Sequence record: OM337876.1
Length of the DNA stretch: 64,000 bases
Reading direction: 5' to 3' (one strand)
Origin: Klebsiella phage KP182
Positions 18,320-27,018 of the stretch are shown in pieces (position 1 is the stretch's first letter; each line of letters starts with the position of its first letter). Made by a program: the position numbers and the translations under genes. The notes under the pieces were generated by a model, which was given only the letters and a program-made list of their open reading frames with translations, was not told where the DNA came from and made no database searches.

Positions 18320-18401
18320 TCATTATATTCCATAAGTCTCCATTATATTTTTCTCACAGGTTAAAGGATAGAGTAATTATATTACTTTGTTCTTGAAGCT
18401 A

Positions 18402-18623
18402 TTAACAGAAGTTCCATTTCTTCTTGGTGTTATAAACCACTGTTTCCATATCTATTTCGTAGTGTATTTTACATCCAACACACATGCCGTGCCACCAACA
18501 ATGCATTCCATCTGAGCTAGTAGTTCCTTCGTGAACAAACTCGTCAGATTTACACACGAAGCATCTGAATTCTTCAGCTTTGAAAATGTTACCAGCTACG
18601 TCAGATTTATCATAGATGTTCAT
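18402..18623 (-). CDS. small Cys/His-rich (zinc-ribbon-like) hypothetical protein
   Basis: CFVCK...HCWWHGMCVGCKIH; start likely at MNIYDKSDV. Confidence 0.4.
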   Translation of the reverse strand: MNIYDKSDVAGNIFKAEEFRCFVCKSDEFVHEGTTSSDGMHCWWHGMCVGCKIHYEIDMETVVYNTKKKWNFC

Positions 18624-18649
18624 AAGAGGTCCTTGGAGGGCTTTCGCCC

Positions 18650-19492
18650 TCAAAGATATGGTTCTACCTTACCAAACTCATGGAAGGCCTGAGATTTCAC
18701 TCGAGTGTTAATACACATACGAATTGATTTTAGAGGTTCATTATCACCGAATAACCCACGTCTTTCACCGTCTTTAGATTTCCAGCGAGCTTGATTTGGG
18801 AAAGCAGCATGCAGCTGTTCAAGGGCTCTATTCTGGCGAGCAGTATCACGCTGTGTAGAACAACCACCAGGAGACTGTACCTTACCAGATTTAACGAGAT
18901 ACTTGAACAGAGCCAGATGAGGATGACCCATGTTAATTAATTTTAGAAAAGCATAAGCATCTTCGTTAAGGTCAATAATTCCGTAGCCAATGTCTTCTGC
19001 TGTAAGTTTAGTCAAATCATAGAAAGTATTGGTGAACCCAAAGCTATTCTCACGATAATGACCCCAGCTTGATGTGATTTTGAAAATCGGTAAGCGAGCA
19101 TGACCGTGATAATAACCACAATCCATGGCAGTCTCGACGTATTTGACCATATCATCAAATACCTCTTGACTCATTGCCTCGCCGACACCAAGTGGAACCC
19201 GGCGATCGTCGCGTTCACGAATTTCAGTCAGATGAATGGTCGTATCATCATCAAGCATCCAAATTCGTTGCCCTGCATACATTTCAGTAATCAGACGGCG
19301 AGTTCCCGCAATTCCATCGACATCATCGGGGACAGTAACGATTTTAGCAGCATGACCGTGCCAAGTTTCGTATGCTTCTTTTTCTGATTCACGTACTACA
19401 AGATGTGGAACATAACCTTCAGGAAACATAGTCAGGGCAGTAACTGCCCCGGCGCGCTTATAACTTGGAATTACAAACTGAATCATTTCCAC
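18650..19492 (-). CDS. putative hmC-DNA glycosyltransferase at the b-gt locus (DxD, GT-A-like); candidate beta-glucosyl-HMC-alpha-glucosyltransferase (ba-gt) as in T2/T6
   Basis: 280 aa; not similar to T4 b-gt (351 aa, GT-B); 'IWMLDDDT' DxD motif; lies between uvsX and gene 42. Confidence 0.5.
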   Translation of the reverse strand: MEMIQFVIPSYKRAGAVTALTMFPEGYVPHLVVRESEKEAYETWHGHAAKIVTVPDDVDGIAGTRRLITEMYAGQRIWMLDDDTTIHLTEIRERDDRRVPLGVGEAMSQEVFDDMVKYVETAMDCGYYHGHARLPIFKITSSWGHYRENSFGFTNTFYDLTKLTAEDIGYGIIDLNEDAYAFLKLINMGHPHLALFKYLVKSGKVQSPGGCSTQRDTARQNRALEQLHAAFPNQARWKSKDGERRGLFGDNEPLKSIRMCINTRVKSQAFHEFGKVEPYL

Positions 19493-20217
19493 TCACCTTT
19501 ATAGTCTTTCTTTGCAATGTGAGTTTCACCCGTGTGAGCATAATTATCTACGAGATAGAAATGTCGAGAATATACGTGCAAAGACCCGACGTTCCAAATA
19601 ATGTCACCAACTGAATAATTTTTACCTGATGCATTCAGAAGTTTGGTTAACTGTTCCAAAACATAGAGCTGCCATGCATAGTCATTACGATATCCAAAGA
19701 CGACATCATTCGAACGCATGTTTACCACAGCGTGAACTTTATTATCGCGAATAAGATACTGAACATTGTTAGTACACATGAAATCGCTCATACCATCACG
19801 CTCAAAATCATACTGCATTTGAGGTCGTGTATAAATCATAATTCCGCGGCGAGAATCAGGATTATTGATAAGTTCTTTCGCACAGTTAGCAAACTGTGAA
19901 TAGTTTTGTGTTGACCAAACTGCCCAGCCATAGTTAGAATTAATCTCGCCGTGTTTGGATGCAATTGCTTTCCAAATAGCTGGGGTTTCACCCGGAATAT
20001 CTTTAACGAATAAACTTTGAGATTTATACCACTCAAGTTCACGAGCAATGTATCCATCATTAACTGCACCAAAAATTAGGTTTTCATCTGCAATAAATGA
20101 TGCACCTACGATTTCAATAGTCTTCACACCCGTCTTATCAATCACAAATTCTTTGTTGAGCAAAGCATCAGCGAATTCTTGACGGATATCTTGTACTGTC
20201 ATTGGAGTTACAATCAT
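19483..20217 (-). CDS. 42: dCMP hydroxymethylase
   Basis: 244 aa; ~75% identity to the remembered T4 gp42 (VDKTGVKTIEI.GASF...MIYTRP.MQ.D...DGMSDFMCTN.VQYLIRD). Confidence 0.96.
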   Translation of the reverse strand: MIVTPMTVQDIRQEFADALLNKEFVIDKTGVKTIEIVGASFIADENLIFGAVNDGYIARELEWYKSQSLFVKDIPGETPAIWKAIASKHGEINSNYGWAVWSTQNYSQFANCAKELINNPDSRRGIMIYTRPQMQYDFERDGMSDFMCTNNVQYLIRDNKVHAVVNMRSNDVVFGYRNDYAWQLYVLEQLTKLLNASGKNYSVGDIIWNVGSLHVYSRHFYLVDNYAHTGETHIAKKDYKGEWK

Positions 20218-20225
20218 GAGACCTC

Positions 20226-20432
20226 TTATTTAACTTGCTGGATAATAATTGTATTCTGCTGTGCATTAGAAGCAGACCAAATCAGAGCAATTAACCAACC
20301 GATAATGGACCAACCGAATACTAGATTTGTGATAAAGATTCCACCCCGTGATTTATGCTTACGACTGCAAGCTACAAAGGTCGGCAAAAAATAGATGAAG
20401 AAAAGAATGATTAAACCAAATACTGCTTCCAT
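20226..20432 (-). CDS. imm: superinfection immunity protein Imm (membrane)
   Basis: 68 aa, two TM helices; 'YFLPTFVACSRKHK...GWSIIGWLIALIWS' fits the Imm_superinfect family; position after gene 42 as in T4. Confidence 0.8.
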   Translation of the reverse strand: MEAVFGLIILFFIYFLPTFVACSRKHKSRGGIFITNLVFGWSIIGWLIALIWSASNAQQNTIIIQQVK

Positions 20433-20442
20433 GTTAATCTCC

Positions 20443-20886
20443 TCAGTTAGACATGCATTTGTTGTAGATGTGATTTTGGAGAGATTTTAACTGCTCCATA
20501 CGTTGTTTATGCTCATTATAACTCAATCCGCCGTTAGCAAAATCAGTTAAACGAATCTGGTCATTCACTGCTGCCGCTTGGGCAGTGCACGTACGTTCTT
20601 TTTGAGTTTTACGCAGACGCTTAATTTCTTCCAGTTCATGCTTATTCTGCTCAATCATGTCAAGTTCCATCGCAGATAGCTGGCGATTAGGATTAGCTTT
20701 TTCTTTCGCCAACCGACGCTCAACCGCGAGCGATTCAGCAGAGACCTGGTTGCTAGCACGATAGTATCCTACAGTACCGCCAATTGCTCGCACCTGTCCA
20801 ACAGAAGAAGCCGGGACGATATCACCTTGTGGCATTTGACAACCAGTCAGCGTGAGAGCAACAATAACAGCAAGTAACGATTTCAT
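20443..20886 (-). CDS. lipoprotein with coiled-coil (imm.1 position)
   Basis: 147 aa; MKSLLAVIVALTLTGC lipobox. Confidence 0.5.
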   Translation of the reverse strand: MKSLLAVIVALTLTGCQMPQGDIVPASSVGQVRAIGGTVGYYRASNQVSAESLAVERRLAKEKANPNRQLSAMELDMIEQNKHELEEIKRLRKTQKERTCTAQAAAVNDQIRLTDFANGGLSYNEHKQRMEQLKSLQNHIYNKCMSN

Positions 20887-20918
20887 TGTAATCTCCTCAG
20901 TATGTTATTTCGAGAGCT

Positions 20919-20949
20919 ATAGTACCACATCCTTGTGGTAAAGTAAACA
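20919..20949 (-). promoter_or_regulatory. early promoter (PeSL-like), copy 2 of the identical 33-nt element seen at 6321-6350
   Basis: identical sequence tagtaccacatccttgtggtaaagtaaacaactttt. Confidence 0.7.
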
Positions 20950-20955
20950 ACTTTT

Positions 20956-23664
20956 TTAAAAATCGAACATGTCAAGAAGAGACGATTTCTCTTCATAGTC
21001 TAACCCTGCCGCTTCAGACATACCCGTCAGAGGTTTAACGAACGATTTTTGGAACAGAACACTGTGGTCAAGCCACACTAGAACTTCCTGTCGGATTTCT
21101 TGTGGCAGCTCAGTGCCCGATGGCCATGCCATACATTTCTCGCCGTACGGGTTACCTTCACGCAGCGGGATGACCATCACCTTCTCGCCTTCCATGATTG
21201 GTGTTATACCTTCAAATCCTGCGGTAGCTCGGTTATACGCTAAAGCACCTTTAACGTGATACGGAGTACCTTTATCTGGATATCCTGCGCCATCATCATA
21301 CTTACCGATGTTGTTGGCGGTCTTAACTTCTGCGATTACTTTATAGTCAAGCTCACGATACTCAGACTCAAACTGCTTATAATATTGCTGTAAAGATTCT
21401 TCACCTTCCTGCAGCATACGCCGAATAGATTCTTCCAATGCATTCTGAACAGCAGTTGGTGTAGAACTTTGCTGTGTTTCCATACCCATGATTTTCAGGT
21501 GTGGTTCTGCATATCGAGTACCTTCCATATCATACACATTCAGAGCATATCGTTTCTTCGCTTTCCAGAATCCGCCAATGCCGTTTGACCCCAACGGAGG
21601 ACAAGAAATAGCTTCACGGTCCATGAACATTAAATGTTCTTTGTTGTTCATGTATTCACACATCTCACGATATGATTGGTCAATCCAAGGTTCCATTTTC
21701 TTCTTGCCGAATTGGTTCAGGAATTCGACCAAATCGTTAGTTTCTTTGAAACGCTCAAGACCTACCTTCTCGATAACCTTATCAACACAAACGTAAATTG
21801 AGTCAGTATCACCAGCTACTACAAATGAATGACCTTCGGTGCCACATACCTTGTTGAGATATTCATTAACTTTACGTTCAATCCATTGAATTGCCATTTG
21901 ACCAAACAACGTGATTGCTGATGCGTTACGCAAATCATAATAACGGAAGTAAATGTTACCCAATGCGCCATAAAGTGAGTTGATCAGAATCTTACGGTTT
22001 AACTGGTTAGTGTTACCCAAGATTTCAGCGTGTTTACATTCAAACATCAGTTTGTCAAGACACTCTTCGGTATATGTCAGCAGTTCTGCTTTCATATCAT
22101 CAGAGAAATCTTCATAGACATTAACTTCTGTGAATTTATCGATAGTTCCAAACTTCTTATCATTCAGAACCTTTTTAATCAGTTCTTGATTTCGTTTGGC
22201 ACCCATCATTTTATTTTTCCACTCTTTACGCTGATAAAAAACCTTCGCGATTTCAACTGGAATGACACCATCTACATCTTTACGATACATCCAACCATTT
22301 GGTGAACATGAATATTCGTCAGACGGACGAGGTGCAGTCTTGTTAATGTACTCACCCAACGGATGAAGTTTAAACTGTCCAACGATGGTTTCTGGTGAAA
22401 TATTGACCTGTCGAATGATTGACGGATACAGAGATGTCAAGTCAAACGACATGATATAACGATATGCAGCAGGAACTGGTTCCTTAACATACGCACCAGG
22501 ATATGACTGTTTAACATGAGAACGACTTTGCGGAATAACTTTGTCCTGTTCTTTCAGACTGTTAAAGATGATTGCGTCCCATGTTTTAATTGGACTCATT
22601 ACACCTTGGTATGGCATCTTCGCATAATAAGACATCGAGATAGCCAGGTCAATAAATCCGCGAACAGCATCAATCGCTTGTACTGATTCAACGTCGATGA
22701 TGTTATACGAAATATACCGTTGGTGATTAGTTTCACGCAACTTATTGATCGGACCGTCATATGCTAATTTACCTTTCTTGGTTTCATAATAAGCAATGAA
22801 ATCCAACTTATACGTCGGTTGGTTCGTGAAACTAAATTTCTTATACAAATCCATGTAATCAAGAATAGTCACACCCATGATAGAATAAATTTCTTTATCA
22901 CCATACATGTTTGTGATAATCTTAGATGAAACTTTGTTCAGAGGAGAGAACCGTTTCATCGTACGCTCACCAAGAATCTGTTTCACACGATTCATGATGT
23001 ACGGAATATCAAATCCTTCAATGTTCCAGCCAGTAAAAATTGCTGGGCATTTCTGTTCCCAAAGATTGATGTACTCAAGCATCATTTCTTTTTCTGAATT
23101 GAACGGCATATATACTACGCGGTCAAGAATATGTTGTGGAACTTCATCACCGCCTTCGGAATCTAAACGAGCAGCGAGTTTCTTGTCCCACTCGGAAACA
23201 GAACCATAAAGAGAATGCAGTAAATCAAATACGTAGAACTTGTCATCAACCGAATCATAATGAGTGATAGCGTCAATTTCATATTCTGCTTTCATTGGGT
23301 CTGGGAATTGAGATGCAGTAACCTCAATGTCACAGTTTGCGATTCGGATGAATTTTTTATTATAAACGATTTCTGAACCGTAAGTATCACTGATATACGC
23401 GAGTTTGAAATCATCCATACCCATTGCTTCCATTCCCATATCTTCCATACGACGCATCCAATCGCGTGCATCTTTCATAGTTGGGAATGTATTCTTCTTG
23501 CAATACTTGCCATAGATGTCTTTGTACTTTGTTTCTTCCATGCAATGACTAAACATAACAGGAGAATACGGAACACGACGCATGCGTTCCTCACCAGTAG
23601 AATCGATATAACGTTCTACGATGTCATTGCCTAGAGTTTCAACGCTAATATAAAATTCTTTCAT
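20956..23664 (-). CDS. 43: DNA polymerase (family B)
   Basis: 902 aa; size and synteny match T4 gp43 (898 aa); exonuclease and polymerase motifs (e.g. YGDTDS-like 'AGDTDSIYV'). Confidence 0.96.
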   Translation of the reverse strand: MKEFYISVETLGNDIVERYIDSTGEERMRRVPYSPVMFSHCMEETKYKDIYGKYCKKNTFPTMKDARDWMRRMEDMGMEAMGMDDFKLAYISDTYGSEIVYNKKFIRIANCDIEVTASQFPDPMKAEYEIDAITHYDSVDDKFYVFDLLHSLYGSVSEWDKKLAARLDSEGGDEVPQHILDRVVYMPFNSEKEMMLEYINLWEQKCPAIFTGWNIEGFDIPYIMNRVKQILGERTMKRFSPLNKVSSKIITNMYGDKEIYSIMGVTILDYMDLYKKFSFTNQPTYKLDFIAYYETKKGKLAYDGPINKLRETNHQRYISYNIIDVESVQAIDAVRGFIDLAISMSYYAKMPYQGVMSPIKTWDAIIFNSLKEQDKVIPQSRSHVKQSYPGAYVKEPVPAAYRYIMSFDLTSLYPSIIRQVNISPETIVGQFKLHPLGEYINKTAPRPSDEYSCSPNGWMYRKDVDGVIPVEIAKVFYQRKEWKNKMMGAKRNQELIKKVLNDKKFGTIDKFTEVNVYEDFSDDMKAELLTYTEECLDKLMFECKHAEILGNTNQLNRKILINSLYGALGNIYFRYYDLRNASAITLFGQMAIQWIERKVNEYLNKVCGTEGHSFVVAGDTDSIYVCVDKVIEKVGLERFKETNDLVEFLNQFGKKKMEPWIDQSYREMCEYMNNKEHLMFMDREAISCPPLGSNGIGGFWKAKKRYALNVYDMEGTRYAEPHLKIMGMETQQSSTPTAVQNALEESIRRMLQEGEESLQQYYKQFESEYRELDYKVIAEVKTANNIGKYDDGAGYPDKGTPYHVKGALAYNRATAGFEGITPIMEGEKVMVIPLREGNPYGEKCMAWPSGTELPQEIRQEVLVWLDHSVLFQKSFVKPLTGMSEAAGLDYEEKSSLLDMFDF

Positions 23665-23711
23665 GGGTTTCCTTTGTTTATAGACCGAGTTATTAGTCTT
23701 TAGGTGGGATA

Positions 23712-23738
23712 ATTATACTCCGATTTTTATAAAGTAAA
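23712..23738 (-). promoter_or_regulatory. candidate middle promoter (MotA-box-like TTTACTTTA, 12 nt, TATAAT) upstream of gene 43
   Basis: minus read TTTTACTTTATAAAAATCGGAGTATAAT; one mismatch to the a/tTGCTTtA box. Confidence 0.35.
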
Positions 23739-23755
23739 AGGGCCGAAGCCCTTTT
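23736..23755 (-). terminator. terminator AAAAGGGC-CGAA-GCCCTTTT after regA
   Basis: hairpin directly after the regA stop. Confidence 0.6.
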
Positions 23756-23756
23756 C

Positions 23757-24128
23757 TTACGCGCCGATTGTGTACTTAGATTTTAAAGTCCATTCATGCT
23801 TCTGTTTGAATGTAATTACCCGGAAGTTATTCTGCATCTGGGCAAGAGTTTGACCACGATTAATACTCAGTAGACCCCAGTCAGCGAGCAGTTGTGCGAT
23901 TGAGTCTCGACGAATTTCATCTTCCAAATCAATAGTAACAGGACGACCATCAAGCTTCAACATTTCTTTAAAATGAACGATATAGTAACGACCTTGTTTC
24001 TGAAGAATGTGGCAGCTTTGATAAAGAATTTTATCTTTATTATTAGCAATTCCCATACGGGTCAGAGTTTCTTTAACTTTCAGGAAGTCTTCAGGCTGTT
24101 TCAGTGTAATTTCAATCATCTTTACCAT
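23757..24128 (-). CDS. regA: RegA translational repressor
   Basis: 123 aa; >80% identity to the remembered T4 RegA (MIEITLK.PEDFLKVKETLTRMGIANNKDK.LYQSCHILQK). Confidence 0.96.
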   Translation of the reverse strand: MVKMIEITLKQPEDFLKVKETLTRMGIANNKDKILYQSCHILQKQGRYYIVHFKEMLKLDGRPVTIDLEDEIRRDSIAQLLADWGLLSINRGQTLAQMQNNFRVITFKQKHEWTLKSKYTIGA

Positions 24129-24697
24129 TCCAATGCTGTTTTCTTAAGAGTTTTCTGTTCTTTCACGTTTTTCGTGATTGTCTTGACCAATTCATCAGTC
24201 ACAAGACCTTTCATTTTCTTGAGAGCAGGTTTAAGCTTGTTTTTAGCTTCCAGGGTCTCTCTATACATCCTAGCATCAATCGCATTGACCTTGTAATATG
24301 TCATTATAACTTGAAGAATCAATGCATCCTGGATGTTTTCTGTTAACTTAGCCCATTTCCCATACCGACGACCTCTAGGAACAGAGGCCATCATATAGTT
24401 ATAGTGTGCTTGGTCAGATAACCCTTGACCAACAAGGTTCATAACATAAACTGAAGGCATACAGTCAGGGTGTTGAGAAAGAGCGTTTTCAACCATGAAT
24501 TTTGAATAATCCATCGTCGAGATATTCAAATGCTCTTGCTTTTCGTTAATAGACCCAATAATTGTGAAGAATTGATTTTCTGCTTTTTCTTTATATGAAT
24601 CAGATAATTCCTGGACTTTCGTCCAGTCTTTACCTAACCACGCTATTTGGTGCTCGTTATACTGATCATCATCTTCAAATAAACTCATCATTTCCAC
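24122..24697 (-). CDS. 62: clamp loader small subunit
   Basis: 191 aa; synteny regA-62-44-45; size matches T4 gp62 (187 aa). Confidence 0.85.
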   Translation of the reverse strand: MEMMSLFEDDDQYNEHQIAWLGKDWTKVQELSDSYKEKAENQFFTIIGSINEKQEHLNISTMDYSKFMVENALSQHPDCMPSVYVMNLVGQGLSDQAHYNYMMASVPRGRRYGKWAKLTENIQDALILQVIMTYYKVNAIDARMYRETLEAKNKLKPALKKMKGLVTDELVKTITKNVKEQKTLKKTALEW

Positions 24698-25650
24698 TGC
24701 ATCTCTACAACAAGTTGAATAAGCATATAAACCAAGTGTAGTTCAATCGAAGCTGCTATGCCATGATACTGGTTATTTTCACCGATGATTTCATACATTC
24801 GGATAATGCTTGGACCAGTAACCATTGTATACAGCTCAGAAGAAAGTTTATCTACAAACCAAGTATAGTCTGCTGCATATTTCGGAGCAAGAGCACGGAG
24901 TTCTTTGATGTTCTTAGTTTTAATAGCTTCGATGACATCTTCAATTGAACCACGGTCATTCAGAACGATAGACAAGATACCTGCATCAATCACACCCTTA
25001 GAAGAATAATGGTCAAGCATGTTAATGGTCTTACGGAATTCTGGAAAATTCTTTTTGACCAAAGCAGCTACAACTTTCTTATCTTCAACTACCACGCCTT
25101 CGTTTTCACAAATTGCGAGACAACGCTTGAGCATCTCGATTTGCATTGGCTTAACATCAGATGGAGATGGTTTACCAAAATTAATTACACGGCAACGAGA
25201 CTGAAGAGGTTTAATGATACCATCAAGATTGTTTGCAGTAATGATAATAGTACAGTTTGTGCTATACGCTTCCATGAATGAACGCAGATGTCGTTGAGAT
25301 TCTGCAAGACCTGCACGGTCAAATTCGTCAATCACGATAATTTTCTGCTTGCCTGCAATAGAAGCAGAACTTGCAAATGCAGTTAACGGCCCACGAACGA
25401 AATCAATCTTACAGTCAGAACCATTCACGAACATCATTTCAGCATTAATGTCATTACACAATGCTTTAGCTACTGTGGTCTTACCAGTACCAGGAGAAGT
25501 GCTATGGAGAATTAAATGAGGAATTTTTCCTTTAGCTACTAAAGCTGAAAAAATTTCTTTATCTTCAGCAGGAAGTACACATTCAGAAATAGTACCTGGA
25601 CGATATTTCTGTTCCCACATGAAGTCTGCTTCGTTTACTGTCAATTTCAT
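24688..25650 (-). CDS. 44: clamp loader large subunit (AAA+)
   Basis: 320 aa; 'SPGTGKTT' Walker A, 'VIDEFD' Walker B; matches T4 gp44 (319 aa). Confidence 0.93.
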   Translation of the reverse strand: MKLTVNEADFMWEQKYRPGTISECVLPAEDKEIFSALVAKGKIPHLILHSTSPGTGKTTVAKALCNDINAEMMFVNGSDCKIDFVRGPLTAFASSASIAGKQKIIVIDEFDRAGLAESQRHLRSFMEAYSTNCTIIITANNLDGIIKPLQSRCRVINFGKPSPSDVKPMQIEMLKRCLAICENEGVVVEDKKVVAALVKKNFPEFRKTINMLDHYSSKGVIDAGILSIVLNDRGSIEDVIEAIKTKNIKELRALAPKYAADYTWFVDKLSSELYTMVTGPSIIRMYEIIGENNQYHGIAASIELHLVYMLIQLVVEMQWK

Positions 25651-25677
25651 TTATATTTCCTCATTCAGATTAAAGAT

Positions 25678-25691
25678 GGGGCCGAAGCCCC
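25678..25691 (-). terminator. hairpin GGGGC-CGAA-GCCCC after gene 45 (weak U-tract)
   Basis: GC stem with CGAA loop; trailing AUCUUUAAUCU. Confidence 0.45.
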
Positions 25692-25698
25692 GAAGTTA

Positions 25699-26400
25699 TT
25701 ACTCAAAATCAAAGGTACTGTCTGCTTCCATTGCTACTACATAAGAGGCTGATGCACCTTCAAATTTCGCTGCAGTCTGTTTCTTGGAACCGTTCATTTT
25801 TGCCCACAGCATCAGTTTATAATCACCGATGGTCATCTTCATATTGCTCATGTTGATGATAAAGTTAAAATTACCGTCACCCTCATAATCACCGAGTGTC
25901 AGAGAATACTTCGGACGGGTCAGTGCAGCGTCTTCTACTTTATTATAACCACGCAGAACAATTTTACCATCAACATTGGTGATAGCAATTGTGTCAATCT
26001 GCATGCCACGAGATACTCGCATCAGCTGTTGCAGGTCTTCACCTTTAAAATCAATAATCACATTAGCTACTGGGAACGGAATTGGTTTAGTCGGGAACAC
26101 GATAGTGCTCGGGTCTGCTGCTGGCCAGAAAATTGTTGAGCGGGCATCTTTAATCGCAAGGTTACCGTCTTCCTGCATGATAATATCTGCATCATCACCA
26201 ACTAGAGACAGAATACTCAGGAAACTGTTCAGATCGTAAATCGCTACATCAGTATCGATGGTATCAGAAATTGTTGCTTCAGCATAAGTCGTACCATTAA
26301 CAGCACGAGTCATGATAAAATTACCAGGTTTCAGCATGATACCAGAGTTGATGGTGGAGAAGTTTTTCAGAATGTTCAGAGTTTCTTTAGAGAATTTCAT
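25699..26400 (-). CDS. 45: sliding clamp
   Basis: 233 aa; ~80% identity to the remembered T4 gp45 (TINSGIML.PG.FIMTRAVNGTTYAEA.ISD). Confidence 0.96.
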   Translation of the reverse strand: MKFSKETLNILKNFSTINSGIMLKPGNFIMTRAVNGTTYAEATISDTIDTDVAIYDLNSFLSILSLVGDDADIIMQEDGNLAIKDARSTIFWPAADPSTIVFPTKPIPFPVANVIIDFKGEDLQQLMRVSRGMQIDTIAITNVDGKIVLRGYNKVEDAALTRPKYSLTLGDYEGDGNFNFIINMSNMKMTIGDYKLMLWAKMNGSKKQTAAKFEGASASYVVAMEADSTFDFE

Positions 26401-26435
26401 TTCAATACCTTTTAATTAAGTTCAGGATAATTATA

Positions 26436-26813
26436 TCAAGCTGCGAATGTAGCAGTTAATTCTTCTGCAACAATCTGACCTGCCGCAACGAGTTGCTCAT
26501 CAGCGTCTACACAGTAATCGTTTTCTAGACGTTCGCCACCGTGACGATCAGTAACAATTTTAGCACCAGCCTTGATTGATTCATTGTAATGCTTACGCAT
26601 CAGTTCAATCCATTTTTCTGCGACTTCATCATCGATAGATTTATAGAAAGCAAAGCGAGCTTCGGAATCTTTAATCTTATCCTTGATAGCCTGTTTAGTT
26701 TCTTCGGTCAGAGCCAGAACCCAAGACTTACGAATACGATTTTGGTTATTCGGGTTGGAATCTGCACGTACGTTTTTAACCTGGATATCTTTCACATCAA
26801 CAAAATTAATCAT
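26436..26813 (-). CDS. rpbA: RNA polymerase binding protein RpbA (start at MINFVDV)
   Basis: 126 aa from the internal start; position after gene 45; T4 RpbA is 129 aa. Confidence 0.6.
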   Translation of the reverse strand: MINFVDVKDIQVKNVRADSNPNNQNRIRKSWVLALTEETKQAIKDKIKDSEARFAFYKSIDDEVAEKWIELMRKHYNESIKAGAKIVTDRHGGERLENDYCVDADEQLVAAGQIVAEELTATFAA

Positions 26814-26823
26814 TATATTTACC

Positions 26824-27018
26824 TTAATCGTAATAATCTTCAACCATCCAACCGGGATTCCTGTTGGACATGACTCTATTATATTCATTTCCCGTAAAAG
26901 CATCTCGTAACATTGCTTCAGTTACAAGATGGCGTTCATCAGAAAATAAATTAACTAACACATAACGCTTTAATTCGGGAAAGGCCAACAGATGTTGGCC
27001 CGTAGTAAAATCATTCAT
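26824..27018 (-). CDS. 45.2-like small protein
   Basis: 64 aa between rpbA and 46 (T4 45.2 is 62 aa). Confidence 0.5.
   Translation of the reverse strand: MNDFTTGQHLLAFPELKRYVLVNLFSDERHLVTEAMLRDAFTGNEYNRVMSNRNPGWMVEDYYD

Noticed and set aside
18345-18385. Middle (MotA) promoter for uvsX (TAGCTTCAA ... TATAAT)
   Set aside because: The box has AGCTT rather than TGCTT. It is plausible but too degenerate to list as a feature without a PWM score.
26436-26903. Full 155-aa ORF as rpbA
   Set aside because: The N-terminal 30 codons overlap gene 45.2 or the intergenic region. The MINFVDV start gives the expected ~126 aa.
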